Of a DNA stretch of 64,000 nucleotides, positions 36,091 to 49,321 are shown piece after piece. The notes below the pieces were generated by a model that was not told where the DNA came from, did no database searches, and saw only the letters and a program-made list of their open reading frames with translations. The stretch is from Penicillus capitatus (taxonomy: Eukaryota; Plantae; Chlorophyta): assembly GCA_965649825.1 (NCBI GenBank), contig OZ287707.1, positions 774,292-838,291 of the forward strand. Reading direction: 5' to 3'. Every line of letters begins with the position of its first letter. The stretch's first letter is position 1. Both the position numbers and the translations under genes were made by a program.

Positions 36091-39000
36091 ATGTCGGATG
36101 GAAAATACTTCTCGACGACAAAACGCGGTTCCACTAATTCGCCTCTGACGCTGCCGGATGGCACAGACGTCTGCGTTTAGGCGAGATTAAGGAATTAAGT
36201 GAAGAACTGCGCAGCTTGGATAAAACAAAAAAGAAAGAGGCGGTGAAGAAAGTCATTGCGGCTATGACTGTTGGAAAGGACGTCGCGATGCTCTTTCCGG
36301 ACGTCGTCAATTGTATGCAGACCGAAGACCTAGAACTAAAGAAGCTCGTTTATCTCTACCTCATTAACTATTCCAAATCTCAACCGGACCTCGCCATCAT
36401 GGCTGTCAATACCTTTGTCAAGGTGCCTTGAAATGGCACTCTATTAGACTGCTGTCTGAGTGAAGATGTAGGATTCCCAAGATCCGAATCCATTGATTCG
36501 AGCATTGGCTGTGCGGACCATGGGGTGCATTCGTGTGGACAAGATAACGGAGTACCTCTGTGATCCATTGAATCGTTGTCTGAAGGTCGAATGCCGAAAG
36601 GCAGACGTCACATCATGATGACGCAACTGTATGGTACAGGATGATGATCCCTATGTTCGAAAAACGGCCGCCATCTGTGTGGCGAAGCTGCACGATATCA
36701 ATGCAGAGATGGTGGAGGACAGAGGATTTTTGGATCAATTGAAAGCGAGTTATCTTCCATGAGATGGCCTAGGGAAGACGCTGTCTGAACTGCAGGGAAT
36801 GCTACAAGACTCAAATCCCATGGTCGTTGCCAATGCCGTGGCTTCCCTCGCAGAAATCCAAGAACTGAGCGGAAAAGAAGTCTTTGAAGTGACAAACACG
36901 GTCGTTTTTAAACTCCTGGCAGCACTGAATGAATGCAATGAATGGGGACAAGTGTGTCGACCACCATCCAGTGATGCGCTCCATAGATGTGATGTGACGG
37001 GTCTAGGTGTTCATCTTGGATGCGATGACGTCTTATGTGCCTTCGGATCCTTCTCAAGCAGAGAGCATCATTCAAAGAGTCATTCCCCGTTTGCAGCATG
37101 CCAATGGAGCAGTCGTTCTCTCATCTGTCAAAGTACGATTGATCCATCGGTATGTGTGAGATCTATGTTGTGTTTGATGTGACAGGTCATTGTCAAACAA
37201 ATGTCCTTGGTCCAGGATGCATCGGTTCTGCGAACGTGGTGTCGTAAGATGGCACCACCGCTGGTGACACTCTTGAGTGCCGAGCCCGAGGTGCAGTACG
37301 TCGCATTGAGGAACATCAATCTCATCGTACAGAAATTCCCAGAAGTGTTGACAAATGATGTCAAGGTATCGACAACGTCACACTTTCTCTGCACCAAGTA
37401 GGGATCGTGTCACAGGTCTTCTTCTGCAAATACAACGATCCATTGTACGTAAAGATGGAAAAACTGGAAGTCATGATTAAACTTGCAACAGACGACAATG
37501 TCGACCAGGTCTTGCTGGAATTCAAGGAGTATGCACAGGAAATCGACGTAGAGTTCGTTCGAAAGGCAAGCCGCTTCTGTTCCGTCTCTTTGCCTACAGT
37601 CTCTGTTCATGTCTCTTAGGCAGTCCGTGCAATCGGGCGTTCTGCTATTAATTTGGAGAAAGCTGCAGAGCGGTGTATCAATGTTCTGCTCGAGCTGATC
37701 GAGACCAAAGTCAACTACGTCATCCAGGAGGCAATCGTCGTCATCAAAGTGAGAACAGAGCAGCAGGAAAAGCGATGCTCACTTCTCTCGGTGTTGCACA
37801 CCAGGACATCTTTCGTAAATACCCCAATAAATACGAGTCCATTATTGGAACCCTCTGCGAAAGCTTGGACCGATTGGATGAACCTGAAGCAAAAGCATCG
37901 ATGATCTGGATCATTGGAGAGTATGCAGAACGCATCGACAATGCAGATGAGCTGCTGGATACATTCCTAGAGACATTCCCCGACGAAACCAGCGTCGTGC
38001 AATTGCAGTTGCTGACGAGTTCAGTGAAACTCTTCCTCAAGAAACCAACAGAACTTGCTCAGCAAATGATTTCCAAAGTCCTTTCGGCTGCCACTTCCGA
38101 AGCAGACAATCCAGATCTGAGAGACAGAGCCTTTGTGTACTGGCGATTGCTCAGTACAGATCCTGAAGTGAGACGTGTGGTCAGGAGAGTCAGTTGTTCT
38201 TCACAGGTTTCTTTAGGCAGCAAAGGACATCGTGCTCTCACAGAAACCGATCATCTCGGATGACACCAACAATCTTGAGCCATTGTTGTTGGAAGAGCTT
38301 CTCGCGCAGATGTCCACACTGGCGTCTGTCTACCACAAACCTGCTGGAACTTTCGTGAACAGGGCACACTTGGCTGTGCAGAGAGCAGAAGATATGAAGG
38401 CACGCACCTTTAATCAGGATACCTCGATGGAGCCTTCATCATCAGTAGACACCTGTCTCTGCCTCTGCTACAGAACACATGCTTTGTGTGACATAGATGA
38501 ACGAGAGCGAGGTTCAGCCAACACAAGAGGCTGTCGATCTTGTAGATTTCTTAGATCTTGACGCTCCGGCACCACCTGCTGCTGCACAAACGACGGCGGA
38601 ACCTGTGGTTGCTCAGACAACGGGCGGGACAGGTGTGAAATCGTAAGTGCTATCACATGCGCATGTGGTAACGGATATATAGGGGGAGATATTATGGATC
38701 TGTTGGGCGATCTGGATATCTCTGTTCCATCGCCAGCTCCCGTTTCTCAAATCGATGCCGCCATTCCAACCGCGGCAGCCACACCTGCTGTTGTGGATCC
38801 GTTCGGCTTTGATGACTTCAGTTTGGCACCCACTCCGGCTCCTTCCCTACCCGTCCCCGATTACCCAGTCGTGCTCTCTAAAGAACAGTTCAATGGAATG
38901 GAAGTGCGAGCAACGATGGCACGCGAGAACGGTGTGGCAGTCTACAAGATCGCGATTGTCAACAGCTCGTCGTCACAGTTGAGTGGCTTCATGCTTCAGT

Positions 39001-39658
39001 TCAATAAAAACTCCTTTGGCCTTCAACCTGCCGATCAGGTTCTCTTGTATGTCTCGTTTGTCTTCAGGCGCATTAAGATTCTGTTTCAGGTGGTGCACAT
39101 CCCTGGTGTTCAGCCAGGGGCATCTGGCCAAGGACAGGTTCCTCTTGCAGAAAATCCGGCTCGTTTGGCCCAGGGAGCTGCAAGCGATGTGCTCCAGGTG
39201 GCACTCAAGACCAATGAACTCAGCATTGCGTACTTCGCAGACACGATTCGCCTTGAAGCTCTGCTCCAAGAAGACGGATCTATCGATACCAACGCTTTCC
39301 TGGAACTGTGGAGGAGCCTGAGCGGTACGAACGAATCAACACAGACCCTCACCGTTACCGTTCCTACTGTGGAACCAATGACACAGAAACTTGGATCCGC
39401 TAACGTTTTCCTCATGGCCCACAGAAAGGTAGGATGCGTATATCGACGAGATCCCCTTCTGCTTAGTTTGTGCTGTCTTAGGTCCCGACTGGAAATCAGG
39501 AGGCTGTCTATGTGACCTGTCGTGCCATGAATCTCCCTCAGATTTTGATCGAATTGCGTTTCAGCTGCGGAGTCCACGGCGTGAACTGCGTGATCAAAAC
39601 AGAGCGTCCAGATATTGCCCCCTTGATGTTTGCTGCCCTTCAGAGATTGATGTCTTGA
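36091..39658 (+). CDS. AP1B1: AP-1/AP-2 adaptor complex beta subunit (beta-adaptin)
   Basis: [70 protein letters not shown], appendage domain. Confidence 0.96.
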
Positions 39659-39963
39659 CAATGTTCACACGAATGTGTCTCAAAGAACGGACCAACGTGC
39701 TTAAATGGAGGATAGTCTGCAGATTCTGTAGAGATAGATGTCTGCGTTACACTCAGGGTTAGGATGATCAACATTCAGAACAGCAATAAAATCTCTTTCA
39801 AACTTCAATGACCTCCTCCGAATCCACAGGAGAAGCAGAAGGATCAGGCTTTAACGCCACTGCCTCAAAGAAATGCCAAATGGGTGATAAAGGTTATTCA
39901 GAATAGGGTCGGTCTTTAAGAATCCATTCTCGCTCGTTGTGATCAAATGCCAATGAAAGAGTC

Positions 39964-41202
39964 TCAGGCTCGAAGCCCTTTGAAACTCCCTCCTCTTCCG
40001 GGTAGCATTCCAAACTTTGACTTGGTCTTCTCTGCCGGCTTCAGTATCTACCACCATCACCACGACGTCCCATCTCGCTCGTGGGAAATAATAGATGGCG
40101 GCGTTACTTGGAATGAACACATGAGAGTTTCGTCGACGCTCATCATCGCACCAGCGTTGTCGAACTCGCCACAGTAGTTAGGAGCAGAAAATACAGTGAC
40201 TAATTGTCTCTTTGCAAAGAACTCATAACCGTCCTCCACCACCTCGATGGCATCAGACGGATCAGTATGCGTGTATGTATGATTGGGAGGAGGGTATGGA
40301 CGCACTTGGTGTGCTCGGCAGATCAAATCGAGGTCGTGTTCTTCGAGGAAAGCGCTGACACAGTCTGTTCCAAAAGTGTAAGATACACCTCTATCATTGT
40401 CCCCCCATCCATCAACGTCTTTGTCGGGATCGGCCCAGAGCAAATCGCACAGCAGCCCAGAATCCGGTACATCTGTTGGTCTTGGGATCTGTTTTATTTG
40501 CTCCAGTGACTTCAGATCCGGAGAAAGGCCACCGTGCATGCAGAGTATCTTTTCATCGATTAGGGCAGCGACAGGCAAACAGTTGAAACAATCCGTAAAC
40601 GTCCTCCACAGTCGAACATTGTACCGCCGTTTGCATTCATCAAAGAAACCATAGATTCGGTTGATCGATGCACATTCATGATTTCCGCGCAGCAGAAAAA
40701 AATTCTCACGGTACTTGCACTACAACAACAGCAGCAATATCTCACTCAATAGCACCTCTGTGATGTCTTTCTAACTTTGAAAGCCAGTAACAGGCATATG
40801 GTCTCTAGACTCTGCTTGCCTCGGTCAACATAGTCTCCCAGAAAGAGATAATTGGAAGCAGGTGGCAGCTGGCCATATTCAAACAGCCTTAGCAAATCAT
40901 TGTATTGACCATGAACATCGCCTAGCGTCCTTCTTTACATCAGACATACGCATGATTCGCAGACTTACCGCAAATTTTGATGGGAGCTTCGAGCTCGAGT
41001 AGATTCGGCTGTGATAGAAATATGGTTTTGGACGCCAGACAAAGCTGTCGAATTTCCTGTTCCGATAGGTGCGCGTTTCTTCCTTGCCGACCGTGTCTGA
41101 ACTCTACCAGTCGGTTTATGATACTATCGAGTACTCTATCGTCCTTGAAAACAACGACTGTGAGTTCGAGCGCGGCACGAAGCCGAGAGAGGCGCGCACC
41201 AT
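39964..41202 (-). CDS. PP1: Serine/threonine protein phosphatase PP1 catalytic subunit
   Basis: [60 protein letters not shown]. Confidence 0.97.
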
Positions 41203-41562
41203 AAGAGACGTCGTCGATGCAGTCTAATGGACAGGAATCCTTACACACAAAGCAGCTTTGCCGCGAAGACAGATGTCTGTGTTTGATCGGCGAGATGGCT
41301 TAGTTAATACACGTTTTCTATGACGCGGCTATCCAACACCTCCAAACCTGACGGTGCGCGCACCGCACAGTGATCGCGTTGAGTTTAGAAAACAGGCCAT
41401 CTTACAGAGAAGCCTCGACCGCTCTCTCCACAGAATCATCGCCATCGCGTCTGTGATCCCGACTCGCCGTAGTGTTCCCGTCTGTCTGTCTAGTCTCCGT
41501 ATTGTCGAACTCTCCCAACAGCATGGGATCCTGTGACACCTGATCGTGAGTATTGAATGAAG

Positions 41563-43310
41563 TCATTTGCGTCTCTCTACCGCGAGTTGAGTATGACAGC
41601 AGTTTAGTCGACTCTCAAGACATCCAAGATGCAAAAGATATTCGAGTCTAGCCACAGTGTCCCATTCTCTTTGAACAGCATTCAGAGAATTCTCTTCTGC
41701 TGTGCCTTTATCACATGGATCGATGCCATCTGGTCTAGCTGTTGTGCATGAAGAACGAACGCACCATTCGTTTCGTGTCGAAATCTGCATTGCACAGCGA
41801 AGGTCGTGAAAGACGCGTGAGCCTCGGTCTTGGATGGTTCTTGCCGAAAGGCTCCATGAATAACGAGTGCTGGACTGAAATCCGCTTCACAGTGTACCAA
41901 TGCCTGACGAAATCGGCAATGCTTTTGATGGGACGGCCGTATCTGATTGATACTTGTGTTGTCGACCAATCCAATGATGTGACGTCTCTCAGATCCACGC
42001 AGATGCTGCCATCGGTCTCGCCTTCTTGAGTTCCGTTCTCTTCATTCTCACCGACTCGGCCGTCGGGAAATGTCTAAATTCGACCGACTGCTGCAGATGG
42101 ATCCATGCCATTATCCATACCTCTGTCATCAGCAGGGAGTACCGGAATGGATGCTTTGGCCGTGGCGTATCCCAATGAACAGATAACGAGATCGAGCAGT
42201 CCATATACTTCGTTCGCCATTCCTTTCTTTCTAGCCACAGCATTGTTCCCTGAAGAGGTGGATGCGTGGCATTCCGCTGTTGTCAAGCAGAACAGGCAAC
42301 AGATCTGCAAACCTCCGAAAGGGAAAAGATCTCAACGGGGTGCCCTTCGGAGCATTTTCTTCTCAAGTTCTGCAAACGACCTGCCGCCCACATGAGACGT
42401 GACAGTCGAGGCACTCTTTTCGCTATGGATGCATTCTCTGCTTTATCTCAACGTCACTGTATGGCATAGTGCTCTCACTTTTCATGGATTCCATACTGGC
42501 TGTGCTGATGGCGACGTTAAGGTAAGGCATCATACTGTCCAGTCTCTGTCTGAGCTGCTTCAGACGGCGTGCCCATTCCGCAGGCGACGTTGCATCTTCG
42601 CCACGTCTTTCCTGTCGTGCCTAGCCAAATGGGAAACTCTACTTTCCGCGAAGAACAGTGCTGTTTGTCGACTTCTCGAATTTTGAAGTCGGTAATATCT
42701 TGTGTGATCTTGTCAATCTCTTGTATGATAGCCACGGCAACATCTCGAGCTCCTTCCATCGCCTTTGCACGCACAGTGTATCTGTCGTCGCTGTAGATAA
42801 AACAGCCCCTCTTGACCTGATTCCCCTTGGCGACGTGCTGTGCCACGATGTCTAGAGGCTGCTGTATCACACGGAGCTTAATGTCAAGATCTTGACTTTC
42901 ACGCAGGATCTATACAGATACGAGATGTCGTTAAGTCATATCTTATGCTCTTGGACATCGGACTGCGCTCACTTCGGGCTCGGCGCCATATTTTTCCGTA
43001 CAGAAATCTGTCACTTTCTTCCAGCTCCCACGAATGAGGAGGCCTATTCCTTGATTGACTGCCTAACGCATCAGGAATGCGACTTGGCACAGGGATCGGT
43101 GATCGGTAACCTTTGTCCCGATTGGACTGTTTAAAATGGCGACGGCTGCTCCGAGCATCGTGTCAGAAACGACGACGGCGGACGAAGCGTGGAAGACAGA
43201 AATGCAAACGAACGGTACGTCACATCATCACCAGAAAACGAACGGTCGCGTTTAACGGCGCCGACAGATACCAATCGACCTCGATCGTTTCGCATTGCTT
43301 TTCCACCTGA
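41563..43310 (-). CDS. Multi-exon hypothetical protein(s), family not recognised
   Basis: Protein-like exons such as ARDVAVAIIQEIDKITQDITDF, SISLSVHWDTPRPKHPF and RHWYTVKRISVQHSLFMEPF; structure unresolved. Confidence 0.35.
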
Positions 43311-43352
43311 CGTCGTTTCCCGTTCTTCGAAAGAGTGATAGACATCGAGAGA

Positions 43353-44743
43353 ATGATGCGATTTTGTGACATCCAAGAGATTTGTTGTTCTCTGCGTCAT
43401 GATCGTTTTGCTGCCGTCTTTGGCGTCGCTCTGTCAGAGCTCACTGATTTCAAACATCCATCGTGCCCCTTTCGTCGAGAAGAAACCGCTTTTGGAACAG
43501 CTTTCGGCACTCCCTGTCGCAAGGAGATCCGATATACTTCGACATCTTGACCTCGAACTCGATCTCGAACTCGCGGGAACGTGGATCGATGACGAGACCT
43601 ATTGGAAACGACGTTGCGCTGTCTGCTGGAAAACCTGCATCCTTGAAAGTAAAGACAGCGACTGCTGCGAGATCCGTTCTTAACGGATCGCGATTTTTTC
43701 AAGAGCATGGGGGTTCGTGGAAACAAGCTTTCTTCGAAAAAACCGTCAGCAGGCGAATTGCATCGTTCGACGCATCGACAGAAAGCATCGCAGAGCTTCA
43801 GCGTCTTCTCGCCTATTCCAAAAAATACATCCGACGCTTAGAGATCGACAAACTGCCGTCGCATCTGAATCTCGAACTCGTGTTTGATCACCTGGGCCAT
43901 GGACCTACCTCTCTCGTTCTTAAGTATGGCCCAGGGGAGGTCGGTATGAAATACGAACGCACCCTCTTCGGGATGAAACTCTCTGACAGTCGGTAAGAGG
44001 CAGATCCGTTCGATTCTTGTTCAGCCCTTGCATCCAGGTCGCTGTCAAGAGTCCTGGAAAGTACAGAAGTCTTGACGCATCTGGACATCAGTAATAATTT
44101 GATCGACGATGACAAGTTGAGGATTCTGTGCAGTGGAATGCTGGACAATATCTCTCTGACTCAGCTGAATCTCAGCAAGAATCGGATATCGGACAGAGGC
44201 ACACGTGCCTTGGCCAAAGTACTGCAGACAAACGATATCCTCATTCATTGCGATGTCTCCGACAATTGCATCTTCCTCGACGGCGCTCGTGCAATGGCTC
44301 GTGCTCTTCGCACCAATCGTGCGCTCCGTCATTTAGACATGAGGTGATGAGATGTTGAGCAGCAGGATGTGTTCTGATGCGTTCGTTGTCTCAGTTTGAA
44401 TCGATTAGATGATGACGGCGTGAAAATGATTCTGGACGCTGTGGTTGGACACCCCAACCTCATTTCACTGAATCTCGATGCCAACAATGGAGGGAAGGAA
44501 GCAGCAGAGGCGCTTTGTATTGTGATCGATGCAAACAAGACGCTGCAAAGTATTGGCATGTCAGGAAACAATATTTCATCGAAAGGCGATGAAATTCGCG
44601 AAGCTGTCCTCCGAGGCCGTCACATCCAATGTCTGGATTTGTTCTGTTCCCAACTGAGAGAAGACATGGGGATGGATATCAAAGAATGTCTCCTACAAAG
44701 AGCTGAAGCGAAGGCTGTACAAGAGATACGCCCAGCACTATAG
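43353..44743 (+). CDS. DRC5: Dynein regulatory complex subunit 5 (TCTE1), LRR protein
   Basis: IDDETYWKRRC, GGSWKQAFFE, LPSHL, VGMKYERTLFGMKLSD, RI-like LRRs (LTHLDISNNLIDDD, LNLSKNRISDRG). Confidence 0.88.
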
Positions 44744-44929
44744 AGATGAAATACGGAATTCCAGAAACGCGCCCTCCAGCCGTGTCTTTTCCATAAGACA
44801 TCAATAAGGAGTCATTACCTGCATGTCGCACGATCACACGTGGCATATTCGTTGTCTGCCAGAAAACAGGATGCTTCGCACCTTGCGTTTGTGCACCACG
44901 AGATCTGTCTTTTGCAAAGCAGTTGGCAG

Positions 44930-46228
44930 TTACAATGGAGGTAGGTCTGTGTGCAGCGGTATGTTTGTCTGTGGAGATCCCTTCAATCTCTTTATGTTGT
45001 ACTGGATACGCGCTGCAAGCTTTTGGATCTCTTCTTCTTTTTGGGGGTCACTGTCATCGTCCACAATCTTCTCCGAGACTCCATCAACATCGATGAATCT
45101 GCCTTTCCTCTCTGGCAGAGTGTTCGGGATTTCGTATGCTTCGTCATCGTCGGACTCGTGACACCTCAAGTGCTCTATCTCCTGGATCTCTGCCTCGGAA
45201 TCACTCAGATCTTCATCCTCCGAAAAATCGTTGACCGTCTGCATACACATTCCCTTAGGAACGTTTTGTCGCCATTGCTGTCTAGCTGTACATAGTGTGC
45301 CATCTGTCGTGTCTGCTGATTTCTAAATGCATGCTTCTTTCTTGGTTGTCCCTGTGATTTCGATAATGACATGGCGTTCTTGATTCTCATCTGGTTCTCT
45401 TTTTTCTGTCTCCAAGCATTCAGATCCCCTTTCATCTCATTCAATGTTGCCTTCGACCGTTGACTCGCTGCATATTCGTTTCCGACATTAAAGTAACTGG
45501 GATCGTGCAGTCCTTTCCGTGCCAGATCTGCATGGGTGAATCCACGGTACAAAAAGACTCGAGATCCTAACAAGCACACTTGCTGATATTTGGCCCAAAA
45601 GAAGAGACCTTTCTTCGGACCTGCCCGATCGAGCACCACTGCTCCTGTTCTCAGTTCAAGTCGTTCAGCAAATTTTGCAGTATTATCTGTCCATGGCGAT
45701 CCCACTTCGATGCGCACCATTTCATAAAACCGAAAAGCACTTCGGATGTGTTTCACCAACTCCTTGTTCAGTCCATAGCGTCCCACAAAGAAATGAGGCT
45801 CCATTTTCATGCCGTCTGCAATCAATCTCTGACGGATTCTCTATCAAACAAGACACTCTGGACGGGAATGTGTCGACCGGACTGACATAAGGGATATCTC
45901 GATTTGTGAAACGGAGGCCGATGTTGGTCCCTGTTGCGTCGTATTGTGGCTTCTTTTTTCGAGGAGGGCGTTTTCCAGCACGTAAGGCTGCTTGTTGTAT
46001 CTTGGTGTATTCATCCAAAGCATCTTCCAGGCTCACATTGTCCGGGTCTCTGGAAAAGGCAGCGTGTAGATTATAGGTCGTGGTCGGGTCTTCTTGCACA
46101 TTTACACGCACGTCGCGCGAACGATCGATCGAGAAACGACGTCCATGTTCTGCCAAGGCGCCGCGGCAGGCGATCTGTGGCAGAATACGGTGGCCATACC
46201 TCAGAAACGAAAATTGATGCGGCTTCAT
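44930..46228 (-). CDS. CRM (CRS1/YhbY) domain RNA-binding protein, organellar
   Basis: FFVGRYGLNKELVKHIRSAFRFYEMVRI...ERLELRTGAVVL...VFLYRG; transit-peptide-like N-terminus, acidic C-terminus. Confidence 0.75.
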
Positions 46229-46360
46229 TTGCGAAAAGCGACAACGTCTCTTCTGTGTTGCATCATGGCTCTGATCGTTCGGTCGATGCCGACCTGGCAG
46301 CAGGGTAAGCTCCTGTCCCCAAACAACAGGACGCTCGAGATATCGAAGAGAATTTATGGG

Positions 46361-47816
46361 ATGGCACGGCTGACGAAGAAGAGGCCATTCTCAGTCGTCT
46401 CTGCCATGGACGATCCATCTACCGCCGACATTGTTTTTGCCAATGTGCCAGCTGCTCAACACGACATGGTAGAGGTCAAGCATCCTCTGATGAAAAAGCT
46501 ACAGTCTGTTTTGAGGGAGGACATCCAGAATGCGCTGCCAGAGTACCTGCCATTATGGACGCACTCAAAGAGCATCACTTGCTGGACACCCCTTTCGCCA
46601 AACAGGCAAGGAGTACATGCGTCAACGCGACGTGACAGGTAGAGATGGCGCCTGTCCCAGGTGATCGAACTGAAAGAGTTTTCACAAGCAGTAGTGGAAG
46701 ATATCATGGAGGTCCATTCGCGTCAGTACGTTCTTGGACTGGAGCAGTACACACAGAAGAATCTCTCCACAGTAGCACGACGTCATTTCTGAGGTGACAG
46801 GGGAAAGGCGATCTGTCTGTAGACAGCGTCTATCGTTGAGAATTTGGCGCCGACATATGCCACAGCTTCGACATTTGAAGCTTCTCTTCAGGCAAGCAGA
46901 TCCAGATGCTTCCAGAAGTCTTGACCTCGAGCATTAGGCAGCAGGTGCTGTCATGGCTTTGGTCGATGCATCTGTGCGATCGGCTGAAGTGACGGGATCT
47001 GGAAGTGTGGGATTCGGAATCTGTCGTCCTCCTGGTCATCACGCCGTCGCATCTGGTCCCATGGGCTTCTGCATTTTTGGCACAGCGGCCGTCGCTGCCC
47101 GCCACGTTCAGAAACGACATCATCTGAAGAAAGTACCTTTCCCTTTCAAAGGCACCCAAAAATCGTGCGCCGTGATTTTGGCAGATCATGATCTTCGACT
47201 TCGATGTGCATCATGGAAACGGAACACAGGATGTCTTCTACAACGATCCTTCTGTTCTCGTCATCAACACATTTCAGAATAGATCTTACCCGGGTAGGAG
47301 AGAAAGATGATGCCACTAGAGAAGCTTCCATAGCTAAACCTATTACCTGAAGGAACTGGCCGAAAAGAAGATGTGGGATCGGGAGACGGCGAAGGAACAA
47401 ACATCAACATTCCGTTTCCGCCGGGATCGGGCCACAGGGCTGCACTGAAGACATTCGATGACATTGTCGTTCCAGCAGCTGAGCGCTTTCGTCCTGATAT
47501 GATCATCGTGAGCGCCGGATACGATGCCCATCTGCTAGACCCGCTGGCCTCACTGCAGTTTACTTCATCGACGTATCACGCTCTCTGTCAGCGGCTCCGG
47601 CAGCTGTCACATCATCTCTGCCGCGGCAGATTGGTGTTTCTACTAGAAGGGGGTTATCATCTGAAGGCCCTCGGAGAATCGGTCACAGATTCGTTTCTGG
47701 GTCTCATCGATGAGCCGTCGATCGATTCGATCCGTTCCGACGCGCTTCAAGATGAGCCACACGAAGAAGTGAACGCTCTAATAAAACAAGTGGCGCTTCT
47801 ACATCAGATCTCGTGA
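46361..47816 (+). CDS. Class II histone deacetylase family protein (HDA14-like); 5' end uncertain
   Basis: [65 protein letters not shown]. Confidence 0.92.
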
Positions 47817-47999
47817 GGAAGAGCATAACACCACCAACGAAGATGACACGTCTTTTGTCGAGACATCATTATTGTTCGAAGCTGTTTCTATTGCAGTTCC
47901 AATGTTTTCACGATGTAGCTGTGATGTACCGTCTCTGAACAGTGGTGCTCAAAAACACCGCGACGTGAGACGTTCTTGACCCTTATGAACTTGGTATTA

Positions 48000-48712
48000 C
48001 TTTGGAGATCATCCTCTAACCGTCGAGGGTGTCACATCATTGAGTATTGGGTGACACAGTCCCAGAACATACTGCTCAATTTTGACGCTGATTCTTGACT
48101 TCCTTTTTGAATGGCACGGCTCCAACTATTCACCTAATACACGCACGAACAAACATACACGTTATGTATGTAGGGAGGGAGGAGGTCGTGAAGAACAACT
48201 TGATGAATAACTTTGTCCGTGAACACAATTGCCGATTCCGCTCCGGTGGCAAATCGGTTGAGCCAGACGGGTACCGGATCCGATTCCAATCTCATGGCAA
48301 AGGCTTCGCAAAAATTACAACAGTTATGCGTCAATAGATTGTAGGATCGTCCCGGCCACTCTCGCTTTAAACGCGTGATCATGGCGGCAACCTGCACAGC
48401 AATGTGTTGTCCTCCCTCCCCATCTCCAACGCATCATCATCTCACTTCTTCTGGAGATTTATTAGTTATTCCCAAGGTTACGGACTGTCTGTAGGTGTAA
48501 CAGGGGTTCTTGCGCGGGGGGCAAGCGTAAACACCACTACCGCCATCGCAGTATCCGAAGGACCATTCTTCGCCGTAGACTTCGATAGCGCCGTGGAAAA
48601 TGCCGCCGAGCCCAAGGGAGTGCGTGATACCGTTGAGGGTCGTAATCGTCGTGTTTGTGCGTTCGCTTTCCGACGTTGTAACGTCGTAAACGTTCAAGAC
48701 CACTTCGCACAT
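48000..48712 (-). CDS. PPPDE/DeSI deubiquitinating/desumoylating isopeptidase; 3' end approximate
   Basis: VVLNVYDV, GGIFHGAIEVYGEEWSFG, YNLLTHNCCNF, VPVWLNRFA. Confidence 0.9.
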
Positions 48713-49321
48713 TTTAGGAACAAGAATTTCAGCTGCCCGTCGCTCGCGGTTTCTTTGTGATGTGACAGCGATGTCGATGATGGTCGACCAACGGGGCACA
48801 GAGCAAATGACAGAAGCTATAGACACACGGGTGACGAGACAGATTCTCGATCACGCGAAAACCGCCTAGATGCTATCGAACATTGCATTCTTCATCTGCC
48901 GATCGAAATCTCATCCCGAAATCCAGACATGATGATCCGTGCATTCTCCATCAGCGAAAGAGATTCCCCTTGACGATGATGATCGACTAGGCGATCTGTA
49001 TCGGAGTCGTGCACATACAGGTTCTGTTTTCCGTGGGCAGAAGAGAGAAGTGCCTCATACGGACGGATCTCTATGGGATGGTGTGTTTGTGTGTGCGTAC
49101 GTGCGTGCGTGCGCTGTCGATTAATGACAGTCCTGTCAAAATCGCAGCATTCTTCACTGTGCATCCATCAATTTGGCTATCCTTACGTTTTGCGCATTGC
49201 AGAGATATTGCGTTTAGCTCGTTGCTTGAGACCGAGACGGCTTTAATCGCACACGCGTGTCTCTCGGAACACAACACGACTGGTCGTGCTTCGCCCCTTC
49301 TCTTCGCAGGCTGCTTCGGAC

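Noticed and set aside
49075-49115. (GT)/(GTGC)n low-complexity tract
   Set aside because: Ordinary intergenic microsatellite
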